64,000 bases of DNA. It comes from Geosiphon pyriformis uo1. Its lineage: Eukaryota; Fungi; Glomeromycota. Below, piece by piece: positions 26,674 through 39,369 of the stretch (within the stretch, counting starts at the first letter, position 1; each line of letters opens with the position of its first letter). The notes under the pieces are model-generated. The model had not been told where the DNA came from and searched no databases. It saw nothing but the letters and a program-made list of their open reading frames with translations. The position numbers were made by a program, and so were the translations under genes. Where the stretch lies: positions 654,719 to 718,718 of the forward strand of contig JAAOMT010000512.1 in assembly GCA_016748015.1 (NCBI GenBank), given 5' to 3'.

Positions 26674-27815
26674 GAAATTCTTAATATTCGAAGAATCCCA
26701 ATTATCATTTAGCAAATAATTTAGAACGGAAAAAAATCTCAATCTTTCATTTAGAATGAGAATTTCATTGCTTGAAATATATTTAAAACCTGGTTCAACT
26801 TGATAGTTTTTAATTTGAAAAAAATATCCATATTAATTAAATATACACATGTATCATTTCATTTAAATAAATATCAATTCAAAATCTGATATAATGATTA
26901 AATATTAAATGATCAAATTACATTTTGTAAATAAAAAGCTTTTTTCTATGATCTTTAAATGTTAGATGGGATGAGTGTTTGACGATTTTCCCATTTTCCA
27001 ATTTTCTTGTCATTTACACCAAATAACTTTTGAGAAATTTTCCTTTTTAATCAAACAATTTCTACAAAAATCTTTGTTTTAAACATTAAACTTGTTAAGG
27101 TACACAATTAATGTAACCAAAATTTTTCAAAAAATGAGAAATAACATAATCTAAAGCTTTTTTCAATTTTTCTTTTTTCGGATAAAAAATAATGGGGTTT
27201 TTCCCCGAAATTCTTTTAAAGCGACATACGACTGGCCTTGGCTAAAAATAGATACAAATAATTGTGATTATGACACAAAAATTAAAAATATATCAGAAAT
27301 CCCACGTATATATAAATTTCCTTCTACAAGAGGTAATTTATCCTTGAAGAAAAGTAAATGGCAGAAATTCTTTTGATTGGTTTTGTTTGGGAAAATTACA
27401 AATTTCTATGAATCTTAAAAATATTGAATAAAAGGAAAGATTACATAATTTACTATAATAAAATAAACAAAACCGGAAATTTGACACTTGCATAAAGCTA
27501 TCTAGTAATCAATTGAAGCGATCAGTTAAAGTTTTTACAAATCAACTAGTACCAAACATACTGGAGCAATGAACCCAATAAATAACTAGGTGATATAACG
27601 TGTGTAAATAACTTGCATTCAAAAAGTTGAGAATTCGAAACTTCTTACCCGAATTAGGTTTGTATTCTTTAATTAAGTAATAGAAACTGCAAGAAACAAA
27701 TAACCAAATGGATTATAAAATCTTTTATACCAAGTTGTGGAATTGCAATAATTTCTTTTAAAGTATGATTTTGAGAGGCTCCGATTGTTGCTTTTTGGCG
27801 CAAATAGAAAAAATA

Positions 27816-28073
27816 ATTATATATTTATACATTTGGCGCAGGTTTATTTACATTGAGTACCCCTAAAATTTAAGTCTGGATGCATCATCTGAAAGCCAAT
27901 AAGAGTTCATCTAGAATTAAATTTCCTACAGTCTCATCTAGAAAAAAAGGATTATATATTTATACATTTGGCACAGGTTTATTTACATTGAGTACCCCTA
28001 AATTTTAAGTCTGGATGCAGCATAAGAGTTCGTCTAGAATTAAATTTCCTACAGTCTCATCTAGAAAAAAAGG
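27816..28073. repeat. Tandem duplication (135 bp + 123 bp) upstream of the methyltransferase
   Basis: ATTATATATTTATACATTTGGC...CATCTAGAAAAAAAGG occurs at 27816-27950 and 27951-28073; the second unit has a 12-bp deletion. Confidence 0.9.
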
Positions 28074-28223
28074 ATTTTAATGCATAAACAGAAAGAAAGG
28101 TTCAACATAGTAAAGTAAAAATTTCACCAGTTTTTTGGTAGGATCGAAAGTTTTAAAATTGCAGCCTTTCAATAAGCTTTTATTTTCTATATTCTCGGTT
28201 CGTTTCATTAAAAATTAGTAAAT

Positions 28224-29539
28224 ATGGGAATGAAAATTTCAAGATTTCTGGGGTGCGCCAGAAGAAGACCAACAATATCGACTTACAAATACTTAATGCC
28301 TATGGATGAATTGGCGGGTAAAAAATTCTATTCTAGTTAGTTTTTATTGACTGAAAAATAAAAAACTTTTTTTCTAATAATTATTTAAAACAAAGTTGAT
28401 CGTTTTCAAGAGGAACATCATATACTCCGAGAAATCTTTGGAAGTAACTTTTCTGTACCTATTCAAGATGAACTGAAAGCTGGTGCTGTTGTTTTAGATT
28501 TAGGGTACGCAAATTCATTTTTTGTTTATCAACTAGTTTTATGCTGCTGATTTATGATAAATTTTGTCTCAAATCACCATCTATCATGATGATTAATTCT
28601 TGATTTCTGTCTTGGGCTGGGAAGCTGTGGTCCAGGCACGTGGTTATGTGACATGGTATCAGACTATCGATCCTCATTATTCTATGGCGTTGACTTTATC
28701 AATTTTGTGCCATTCCATAAACCAAAAAATGTTCAACTCATACAATGCAATATCCTTGATGGAATACCCTTTAACAATGGAAATATTGATTATATTCACA
28801 TACGATTTTTGTCAATGGCTTTCACCCCTCAACAATGGCAGCAGATTATGTGTGAAGAAACTCTGAGATTATTAAGGCCTGGTGGTTGGGTAGAGGTGAA
28901 TCTTGTTCTGTTATAAGAAATGCTGACAAAGAGATTTTGACTCTTTTGATCAATGAATTTTACATCATGTAGATATTGGAGCCCCAAGTTCATTTTAATA
29001 ATGGTGGGCCTGTGACCGAGCGTATTTGTGATGCTGGTAAAGTAAATCTAATAATACTAATGACTCATTAGATAACTTTTTGCATTAATTCGACATAATT
29101 TCTCATTTTTCACTAAAGTAAGGACAAGAATGAGAAACAACCAAATGGATCCTGATGTAGTTCACTCATTTACTCTGTACATTAATTCAACTGGTAAATA
29201 TCGATCTGTACAATTCCAGCCACGGATATTATCAATCGGCCGTTTCGCCAACACCACAGGCAATGAAATATTACCAAATTTGCATTTTTTTTTACTGAAA
29301 TTACATTTAAAAACTAAACTGATATCTGTTTTTTTTTTAATACCTTTCATGAAAATCTTTTAGCTCAACTTTTAAGAAAAAATTTTCTCAAAGGAATTGA
29401 AGTTCAAGCTAAGTGGTTGATGCCCATTCTTAGGGTAAACAATGTGGAGTTTAATGGGTTAATGTTGGAACTTTCACGTGAAATGGATTTATATAATGTT
29501 TCTTTGACTATTTATCAAATAACTGCTCAAAAAATATGA
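28224..29539 (+). CDS. Class I SAM-dependent methyltransferase, LaeA-like, 284 aa (exons 28224-28317, 28396-28504, 28625-28895, 28973-29036, 29119-29259, 29364-29539)
   Basis: The spliced product contains YLMPMDE..DRFQEEH, VLDLGCGPGTW, FYGVD, DYIHIR and RLLRPGGWVE. The last intron requires a GC donor (CAG/GCAATG). The spliced frame is 855 nt and open. Confidence 0.85.
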
Positions 29540-29982
29540 ATAATAAGTGTATAGACATTTCATTAAATGATTTTCGGTGATTTTTAAATAAAAAAGAGAT
29601 TTAGTTGAAGATTTGGTTAATCTTCCCATAGATATAAAATGATAAAAAAAAGAAAATCATACCAAAGTTTTTCAAAGGATTGGAATCTAATATCGTAATG
29701 GGAAAGGCCATATACATCATATTTTTTCACGAGAATTTAAACCTAATTTTGCCAATAATGTAATCAAGACTTTTCAAAATGCAGTTAATATCTTTCACTG
29801 TGTGAATCCTAAAGAAAATTTAAAATTTTTGACAAGTACTGTGATATATTCTTAAAAATTTCTACAAATATATTGACCAAATTTTCTCTATAATCTTCTT
29901 GTGACTACCATTACTGCCATTGTTGGATATTGTTGTATTGGATTAGTGAGTTTATTTCATTTTCTACATATATACCTTACCA

Positions 29983-31447
29983 ATGGCACCCAAACAACTC
30001 TTTCACGCTTTATCTCAAGATTTCGAGAACTTGCTTAATAATCGAAATTTCTCTGATATTAGAATTTTCGTCGGCAGAGCCCCTTACGCTAGAACCTTTC
30101 ATGCTCATTCACAAATTTTAGCAACGAGATCATTATATTTTGCTAGAGCTCTCTCTAATGATAATGTTAAAAGAGAAAATAATAATGTTATCCTCGCTAA
30201 CCCCAATATATCACCCAGAATTTTTGAGGTGATTCTTAGGTAAGCGTATTAGTGTCCTTAAAAGTTTTTAATACAAATAAACCACTTATTCTATTTTTTT
30301 CGATAGATACTATTTATAATGGCGAAATTTCTCTTAAAAACACGGTATACTTACAATCTTGGAATTGCTTGTTGCTGCTGACGAGTTTATTTTGAAAAAT
30401 CTTATTGACCACCTGGAAGACTATCTAATTGAAAATCATGCAAAAGAGCTACAAGAAAACTTTGCCTCATTGCATGAAACATTATTTACTCATGATTCGT
30501 TCAAAAAGCTACAAGATTTCTGGGCCCAAATAGCTGCTACCAATCCAACTCTAATATTTAAATTCCAAGATTTTACCTCACTCAATAAAAATTTTCTTTC
30601 CTCAATTTTATCCCGGGATGACCTTAAGATGAAAGATTCAGAAATATGGAAAAGATTGTGAAATGGGGATGTGCTAAATTAGGTGATAATATTAAGGCTG
30701 AAGAAATTCTTAACTGGACATATGAAAATTTTGACATCCTTAAGAAATCAATCAAAGAGCTTCTACCTTTGATCCGGTTCTTTCAATTGACTTCTATCAC
30801 GAACTTTATATGAAGATCTTTTACATCATTATCTAGTACCGGGTAGTCATCAAAAGTCTGTAGACGCTCAGCCATTACGTTGTCCTCGATTAAATATTGG
30901 TTCAAAGCTTCTTCAATGGGATAATGTAAAACAGCTAGATCATTGGATTCAAGGGAAAAATGAAGATACTCCTTTTCAAAACCAACTTGGAAATAGCTTT
31001 AATTTGTTACTTCAAGGCAGAGTCGAGACGGATTTACCCCAGCCGATTTTCATCGATTATGCGATAATAAAGGAGCAACAATTAGTGTTATTAAAGTGAA
31101 AGAAACTGGTGAACTGATTGGCGGATATAACCCAGAATATTGGCATTCTCGCCATGAATATTTAGATGGAAAAGGAAGTTTGATATTTTCCCTTGGAGAT
31201 GGTAAACCTGAAAATGCTAAATTTGGCATATTTATTGGCAAATATGGAGCTTTTAGTGCACCAAGTCGTGGACCCGAATTTAGCCAGCACAGTATTGTAA
31301 TGGAAAGTGATGATTTCCAAAATGGGCTTGGAAGCTTTTGTCAAAAGGATTCATCATATGAGCATGTTATAATGCCTGGTTCAGAAAATCGTGAAGTACT
31401 CTTCTTTTGTCGAGGAGTATGAATTTTTCCAAATCAGAAAAACATAA
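29983..31447 (+). pseudogene. BTB/POZ-BACK-TLDc domain gene, frameshifted
   Basis: BTB (SDIRIFVG..FHAHSQILATRSLYF, ELLVAADEF), BACK (SILSRDDLKMKDSEIWK), TLDc (FHRLCDNKGATISVIKVKETGELIGGYNP..VEEYEFFQI). Frame breaks near 30310-30360, 30655, 30800, 31020 and 31405. Confidence 0.85.
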
Positions 31448-32842
31448 AATTGAGTTTTATACAATTCATTTTACATTTTCTAAAGTTTAAAATTTGCACC
31501 AATAGAGTTATCAATAGCCTATTGCTTTAAATAAATCTAATTAAATATCAAATATTATTTTTACTTATTTCGATAATAAATACATTCTACTTTATGAAGT
31601 CTGCTATCAAAAAACTCTTCTTAGAACTTATAAATGATTTATAGCTCTTACTTTTTAAAAATATAATTTTAGATTTAATAGAAAAATTAGAAGTATTAAC
31701 TTAAAATTCAGAATATTTTTTCTATTGTGCTTACCCATATTCATAAGAAAATACAAATCAAAATACCTTTTAAGACCTTTTTTTAACATTATATTTATTA
31801 CTCTAAAATTAAATCAATAAATTCAAAAGATACTTTTTAATAAATCAATCATTTTTATTAATATATTATACTTGAAAAGAAAAAAAATTTATTTTGAAAA
31901 ATGAAATAGAATATTTCTTATAGTCATTTTTTTATGTCATATTGTTGGGTTTTACAAATATATATATATCATTTAATTCTTATTATTTCCTAAATAATGT
32001 CATAAGATTGCAATTTTACAACAATGTTTAAATATTAAATTAAAGAGTTATATAAAAACACTTTCTCAATTTGAAGCGTATATAAATAGTAAAATAATGT
32101 TAAAACATTAATTTATGATAAATTTTTATTAAAAACCAGATTACATTAAATAAATTTTTATTAATTATTGAAGATAAGAAATATTAAAACCAATATTTTA
32201 AAAATTTGAGAGAAACCACAAAAAAATTTATAATCAAATTATATTGCAACTATTTTTCACAAAATAATAAAATAACAAAATGGATTTTTGTCAATAAAAA
32301 TAAATTTTTTTTTTAATGAACAATATTATTAAATTCAATAAATCATTTAAAATTATATAGCTCAAATTGACTTAATTAAATAGCTCAAATATTTAACATA
32401 AAAAATTAATGTTAAAACAAACAACTTTTTAAATAAATTTTATTTGTTATAAAAAAAATATTCAGAAAAAATAAATCAGTTATACTTAAATTTCAAAAAA
32501 AATTTCATGTTAATAATCCATAAATTAGACTTAATAAAGTGTTTTTATATTAACCGGATATATTTTTTTTAAAGAAACAATTAAAGTTATAAAAAACAAT
32601 ATTCTATGAAAAATATTAACAATGTATGAGTAATTTATGTTTACATTATTATATGCAAAATAAATATAAAAAAGAAAACTTCATAAATTAACATATCAAA
32701 CCTTCCAATAAGCTGCCATCCGCGAATTTTAAAAATAATTTCAAACGGATTGTGGGTTCCAGAATTAAATAATTTCAGTTCTTACCTCATTTAAATTAAT
32801 ACAAGAATTAAAAATTATTAATAAAATCCACTGTCGCACAAA

Positions 32843-33235
32843 TCAGTTGTGATACGAACTGATGATTCCAACCAAAGCTAAGTCAAAATATAGGTTGAAG
32901 ATTTTTAGCGACATTATGGAATAATAATTTCTTTTTCTTTCATCACATAAAAAGAATTTTTACTTACCAATAACTACTATTGCACTAACAGTTGCGAGAA
33001 TATAACGTAGAAAACCGGTGGAACAATCTCTCAAGTTACAAGTATTTCGGGAGGTTTTGTTGGTGGTGGTGACGCTGATGATAATGTTGATGTTGGTTCA
33101 TTCTTTTAAAAAAATCTTAAAAATTTATCAATGCTTTTCATTCGTTTAAACAACTAAATGTAAAGGTTTATCACTCACAATCGGAACAACAAAATCCTCT
33201 ACTGCAGTATGTGGAGGAGATAATTTTTCATCCAT
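32843..33235 (-). pseudogene. Microprotein copy 3; PPxY lost (SPPH) and 1-bp frameshift in exon 2
   Basis: Exon 1 MDEKLSPPHTAVEDFVVPI. Exon 2 NEPTSTLSSASPPPTKPP then shifts frame to a premature TGA. The TM segment GFLRYILATVSAIVVIALVGII remains in the other frame. Confidence 0.65.
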
Positions 33236-35429
33236 GTTACATTAAATTATATTTAAAAAACTGTCACTTAAATGATTATTTTCAAGTCATTCATACATTT
33301 TTGACTCTTTTATATAACCCTCAGAGCATACTTGGGATTTTTAAAAACTTGATATTGTTCCTTTATTTTAATTAATGTATTACATTCACTCGAACACAGA
33401 TTTTATGTGACTGCAGAATACCAGTTTATTTTTATGAAAATGGTAATCTCACAAAGAGTAATCCATTGTAATAAAGTTCATATTTGTATTTGTATATGCC
33501 ACTTAAAATAGATATGTAGTGCACCATCTTGCGATATTTTATATAGCCTACTAAGTCATTCGAATTCTCTTTTTTGGTAAATATTTGCTATTATGGTGTT
33601 TGACTAGGTTGGTTAAATTTAAAAAGTTCGCCTAAAGAGTATTTATCATCTCTCACGCTAAAAATATAGATTAGTTTTTACATATTATCTATTCGTGGAG
33701 GCGAAAAAAGCCACAATTTGTAGAATTATATATATGCCTACATAATATGAAATTATTATATGTTTATTTAAAATTATTTGTATTTGACATATTTATTAAA
33801 TATATATTTTTGTGGCTAGGATATTATTAAGTTTGTTTTGGTATCCAAAGTATATCATACATTGAAAGGAGAAATTGAAATTCCTTTTTTTTTCCACTTA
33901 AAAAGTAAATCTTAACAAATTATTAAATTTATTTTGCTTGAAAAACTAACTGAGAAAAATGGTTGAAATCTAGATTTGAAAAATAAATCTAAATCGAACA
34001 ATATGCATATCTTTTTATACAACTTATTAAATAAACTGGTTTTTAACTAGATTTAATTCAACATTGAATTATCAGGCCATGGAATTTTAGTTCAGAAATT
34101 TAAAAGAAAAATAATTTGATTTTTTTGTTCACTTTTCCTTCTTAAAAAATGATTTTAAACATGATCACCCATTACCAAGCTTATAAAAGTTTGTAATCTT
34201 AATCATTAGAAAAAGCTGTGATAGTAAAAGGCTACCAAAATGTTCAAGTCTAAAATTAATCTAAAAATGAATACAAATTTTGCAGAATCATTGGCCTATT
34301 AATTCAATCTTAATTTTTTTATTCTTAGATCAAGCCATGCAGTACTAAATCCACTTTTATTATACTGAAATACAATAATATTTAACAATTAACATATTTT
34401 TAATCTGTCAATTTATATAATTTTTTTGGACCCAAATTTTGCTTTACTGCATGTTATTTTCCAATGAGCCATGAAAAGAATTAATGTCCCACATTTTTTT
34501 TCATTTCAGTAATAATTGAGAATTTTCTCTATGCTCAACAACAGCATTTCATTTTATTTAAATCAATTGTAGAAGTTTGAATTGGTTAATTTTAATTGCT
34601 ATCAAAGGAAATGAAATGAAATTTTTCCAGTTATATTATAACATAAATTTTCTTTGTGGAGCATATTTTCTAAATATTAACCATTTTTATTGATAATAAA
34701 TAAAGTTAAAAAAATATTAAATTTTGTTGCTTTTTTTTGGCTTACATAATAAAAGTGTTAAAGCTTCTTGATTACCAAAATCAAGTTTTTTATATTTATT
34801 ATGATAATAAAAATTTATAATGGTTTTATAAATTAATTAAAGTTACATATAATTTAAGAAAGCATAATTTTATGTTGCATTACATTTTTAACATAAATAA
34901 CAATAAAATTAAAACTTTATAACATTAAAAAATATCAAAATAATCTGTGATTTTTTAATAAATATTTATTCAACAGAAAATATATAATTTTTAATTTTAG
35001 TATTAAATTATTAATAATACACAATTATTTTAAATAAAATATTATAAAAAATTTTAATCATTATTAAAAAGTAAATATTAATAATAAATTATTTTTTACA
35101 AACTAACTTTAATAAATTAAATGTTAAAATTAAATTTATTATTGTTCTAAAAAATATAATTAAAAAAACAGATTGCAAATTATTAGATTTTAAATTTTTT
35201 AAATTTTAATAATACATAAATTATACTTAATAAATAATTTTTATATTAACTAAAAAAAATACTTGCAAAATAGCCACAATTAAAATAATAAAAAACAATA
35301 ATTTATAAAAAATATTAACAATATTTATATATAGTTTATGTTTTAATTATTATATGCAAAAAATAACAAAAAAAAGCCTAATAAATTCAGATATTTTATA
35401 AAAACATTTTTCTTAAATAATATTGTAAT

Positions 35430-37306
35430 AAATTCTTTTGCTAATATTAAAACACTTTTTTTGGTTTAAATAAAAATTTTTTTTCTTTCAAAAATTTATT
35501 AAAACAGCACAATAAAAATAAATTTAAAATAATTATTACTATTTTAAAAAACTTTAAGATCTTTAATTATAAATTAATAATTAAATTTTTAATTTCTTTT
35601 GCTGTTCTTTTTTCTGCTACTTAAATAACAAAAAAGGACAAAATAATAAAAAAACAATTTTTTGGTGATATTAACCTTTGTTTTTATTAATATCTTTGAT
35701 AATAGTAAAAATACATTGGTTTTTGGTTATATTATCTTATATATTAAATTTTGATTAATTTTTGTCAGTTTTTAAAGCAAAACAAATTATTTTTTTACAT
35801 ATAATTATGTTTAATTAATTTATTAAGTCATATAATTTTAAATATTAGATTAATTAAATAAAAATAAAAAAAATTATTTTTATTAATTATTAAAAGTTTT
35901 TAAATAAGTAATTTTATTTTAATATTTAGTGTTTTTTTAAAATTAAATTGGTTTATATTAAAACTGCTTTTTAGTTTATATATAGTTTTATTAATATAAA
36001 GTTAGTTTTTAAAAACAGTATTAAGCTTTTTTGTATACTCTTATTCAAGTTTTGTTTACTAATTTTCCTTTTTTGTTATTTTTAAAATTGCAAATTTTCT
36101 GAAATATCTGTTTTTATTTCTGTTTTTGTTGCTATTGTATTGTATAATGTTTTTTTATAGTTTTTGTTAATAATATTAAGTATTTTTAATAAGATTTTCA
36201 AATTTGAAGTTTGTTGGTTAATAATAATATGCTGTTGTGTATTTTGGGTTATTAAAACTGTTTTTGCTTGTTGATTGGTTCTAATAATAAAGAATAATAT
36301 TAGAATTTTTCTTCTTTTTGAATTAAAAAAAAGTTATTAGTTTAAAAAATACATTTAAAATTAAGTTGATAAATCTTTTTTTTGATTGTACTATCTTTAA
36401 AATTAATAAGTTGATTTTTAAAGTTTGTAATTGTAATTGTTTTATTTTTTGATTTTTTAATTTGTTTTAGCAATTAAAATATATTATTATTATTTTTGGC
36501 TTTCAAGTTAATTTGAATGCTGTAATTATTAAAACTAGTATTTTGAGAAAAAGCTGTATTTGGAAAAAAATTTTCGATATTAATATTGTTAAAGTATTAA
36601 AGTTTAAACCATTTGGTTATTAATAACAAAATGTTTCTATCTTTTTTTTTAATATTTTTTGTTGGCTTTAAGATTTTTGGATCTTGTTTTGCTAAAGCAA
36701 ATTTCTATGCTAAAACTGCTGCTTCTTTGGTTTTGGTTTTTTTGGAATTTGAGCTGGCTAAGTTGGTCTTGTTGGTTAAATTTATTATTAAACTTATTAG
36801 TGCTCTGGTTTTTGGTTACAAAATTGGTTGTTGCATTTTCTTTTTTAGATGTTAAGATAAAAAAAAGAATTATTGTAATTAAAAAGAATGTTAATATTTT
36901 TGAAAAATTTTTCAATGATTTGAATATGGAAGTTATTAATTTTAAGATAAAACGTGGTGTAAATGGTAACTGATAATTCAGGTTCTCTTTTTAGTAAGAA
37001 AAATTTTGTTAGAATAATAGTACTTTAAGAATTGTAAGCTCCTAATATTAAATCTGATGTTAATAAGACTACTGTATAGTTAGCTAATTTGGTTTTTGGT
37101 AGTAATAGTTTGGTTGCAACTATGCAAAAGATGGTGTTCTTGGGTAAGTTTTCTTTCGTAGATTTAATTTAGTTTACCCTTGACAGGCTTGGATGGCTAG
37201 TCACATATAAAAAGCGCGTGAATCATGTTTAATTTAGAACAATTTAATATTATATTGCATTAGATAGTGATTGGGCTACACTTTGTTAATGCGTAATAAA
37301 AAAAAA
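35430..37306 (+). mobile_element. Non-autonomous LINE derivative (ORF1 relic + 3' UTR + poly-A), paralog of 16854-19285
   Basis: The ORF1 end ..SLVATMQKMVFLGKFSFVDLI* (~37172) is followed directly by CTTGACAGGCTTGGATGGCTAGTCACATATAAAAGCGCGTG..TAATAAAAAAAAA (37306). Confidence 0.7.
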
Positions 37307-37611
37307 CCTTTCAAAAAGTTGCTACTCACAAATTTCAAATAGCTATTAGATCCAACTATAAAAAAAGACTTAAAATCAATCTCAAATAGTTTGTGCGTTC
37401 CAGAATTCATACTTTTATCTTATTTAAATTTATGTAAGAAAATTGATGTTTTGAACTTCATCATAGTATATATGACCACAAAATATTAAAATTTTATTAA
37501 AGTTTATATCTTTAATAGCAAAGATATTTATTAGAGTCATAAATGAAATGCCAGATTTTTAGAAATTTATAATATTAAAAATAGACCCCTCCCCGATGGT
37601 TTTCTTTATTG

Positions 37612-38032
37612 CTAAATTACATGATTTCTCCACAAAGCTAAGTCAAAAATTTTACAATATAAGTTGAAAAAAATTTAGCGATTGTTGTAGAATTATAATA
37701 ATTTCTTTTTATTTCATCAAATTAAAAGAATTATTACTCACTAATAACTCCGCTTATTGTAAGAGAAATTAGAAAAGCACAAATTCGAGGACCCATAGAG
37801 CATTCGTCCGAGTCACTAGTATCTGGTGGAGGTTCTATTGATGATGGCACAGATTGTAGTGTTGGTGTTGGTTCATCCTTAAAAAAGAGTTTTTTATAAA
37901 TTTATCAATGCTTTCGTTCGTTTAAAAAAACAAATTACGGAACTTTAAAAGGGAAGAACTCATTTTATCACTCACAATAGGAACAACAAAATCCTCTACG
38001 GCAGTATGTGGAGGAGATAATTTTTCATCCAT
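37612..38032 (-). CDS. 72-aa microprotein copy 4, PPxY replaced by SPPH (exons 38032-37976, 37877-37742, 37637-37612)
   Basis: MDEKLSPPHTAVEDFVVPIDEPTPTLQSVPSSIEPPPDTSDSDECSMGPRICAFLISLTISGVITLWRNHVI*; open frame with conserved GT-AG sites. Confidence 0.7.
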
Positions 38033-39369
38033 GTTACATTAAATTATATTTAAAAAACTGTCACTTGAATGATTATTTTCAAGTCATTCATACATTTTTG
38101 AATCTTTTATATAACCCTCAGAGCATACTTGGGATTTTTAAAAACTTGATATTGTTCCTTTATTTTAATTAATGTATTACATTCAATCGAACACAAATTT
38201 TATGTGACTGCAGAATACTAGTTTTATTTTATGAAAATGGTAATCTCACAAAGAGTAATAAAGTTACCACTTAAAAATAAATACGCAGTGCATCATCTTA
38301 CGGCACTTGATGTAATTTTTAGAAATTTATCCTATTAGGTTGGTTAAATTTAAAACAGTCAACCTAAAAACTATTTTATCATCTCTCATGCTAAAAAGAT
38401 AGATAATCTAAATAGTGTAACCCTTGTACGATTAATTTTTATATAGTATCTAATCGTGAAGGTGAAAAAAGCTATAATTTATAGAATTATATATATACCT
38501 ACATAATATAATATTTTATTTAGATTATTTGTAATTAGTGTATTTATTAAATATATATTTTTGTGGTTAGGATATTATTAAGTTTGTTTAGGTATCCAAA
38601 GTATATTATACATTGAAAGAGAAATTAAAACTCCTTTTTTTTCTACTTAAAAGGGAATCTACAAAAGTTATTAAAAAAATTAATTTTGGCTTGAATAAAT
38701 TAATCTTAAAAATCAACATTTGAAAATAAATCTAAATTGAATAATATGCATACATTTTAATACCCCTTATTAAAAATAAAGTGATTTTAAACTAAATCTA
38801 ATTCAATGTTATATTTAATAAATTATAGCTGATGAAAATAAGGCTTTGTCAATAAAATACTTCAACTTGTTAACGCTAAGATACCACGCAACACTAATGA
38901 TAATTTTTATTTCAGAAATTTAAAAGAAAAATAATTTGATTTTCTTTATCATATTAAAAAAGCATAAAATTACTTACTAAGGATTACTCCTATGATCATA
39001 GAACTAAGGGCCAAAAAAATCCTAAGTGTTTTTTTTTTTGTGGGGCTTGAATTTGCTGGTTCGTCCTTTGAAAAATGAGAGATGTTTTTTTTTAGAAATT
39101 TTCAATATTTTTCATCGATTTAAAAAAATACATAATAGACACAAGAGATTTTAAATCAAGGAAACCATTTTGCTACTCACGGCAACGGGCGCAATGTCAT
39201 TTACTCCATTATGCGAAGGCAATGGATTATCCATAATTCAATAAATTTTAATTCAGAGTTTCTAAAGTTATCTTTTGAATATTTAGCTCATTAGTTTTGG
39301 AGGGGGAGGAGAAAAGAATTGATTAAGTCTTGGTTTATTTATATAATTTTAAGAACCCGATTCACTTTT

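Larger units (their letters stand above)
32840..38460 (-). repeat. Right arm of the inverted segmental duplication (partner 15590-21800)
   Basis: Mirror order of modules; e.g. the reverse complement of 33960-34090 differs from 20521-20648 at only a few positions. Confidence 0.85.

Noticed and set aside
15590-38460. Inverted arms as TIRs of a giant DNA transposon or Starship-like element
   Set aside because: No defined termini or TSD, and no intact transposase or tyrosine recombinase; the arms contain host-like genes and a LINE.
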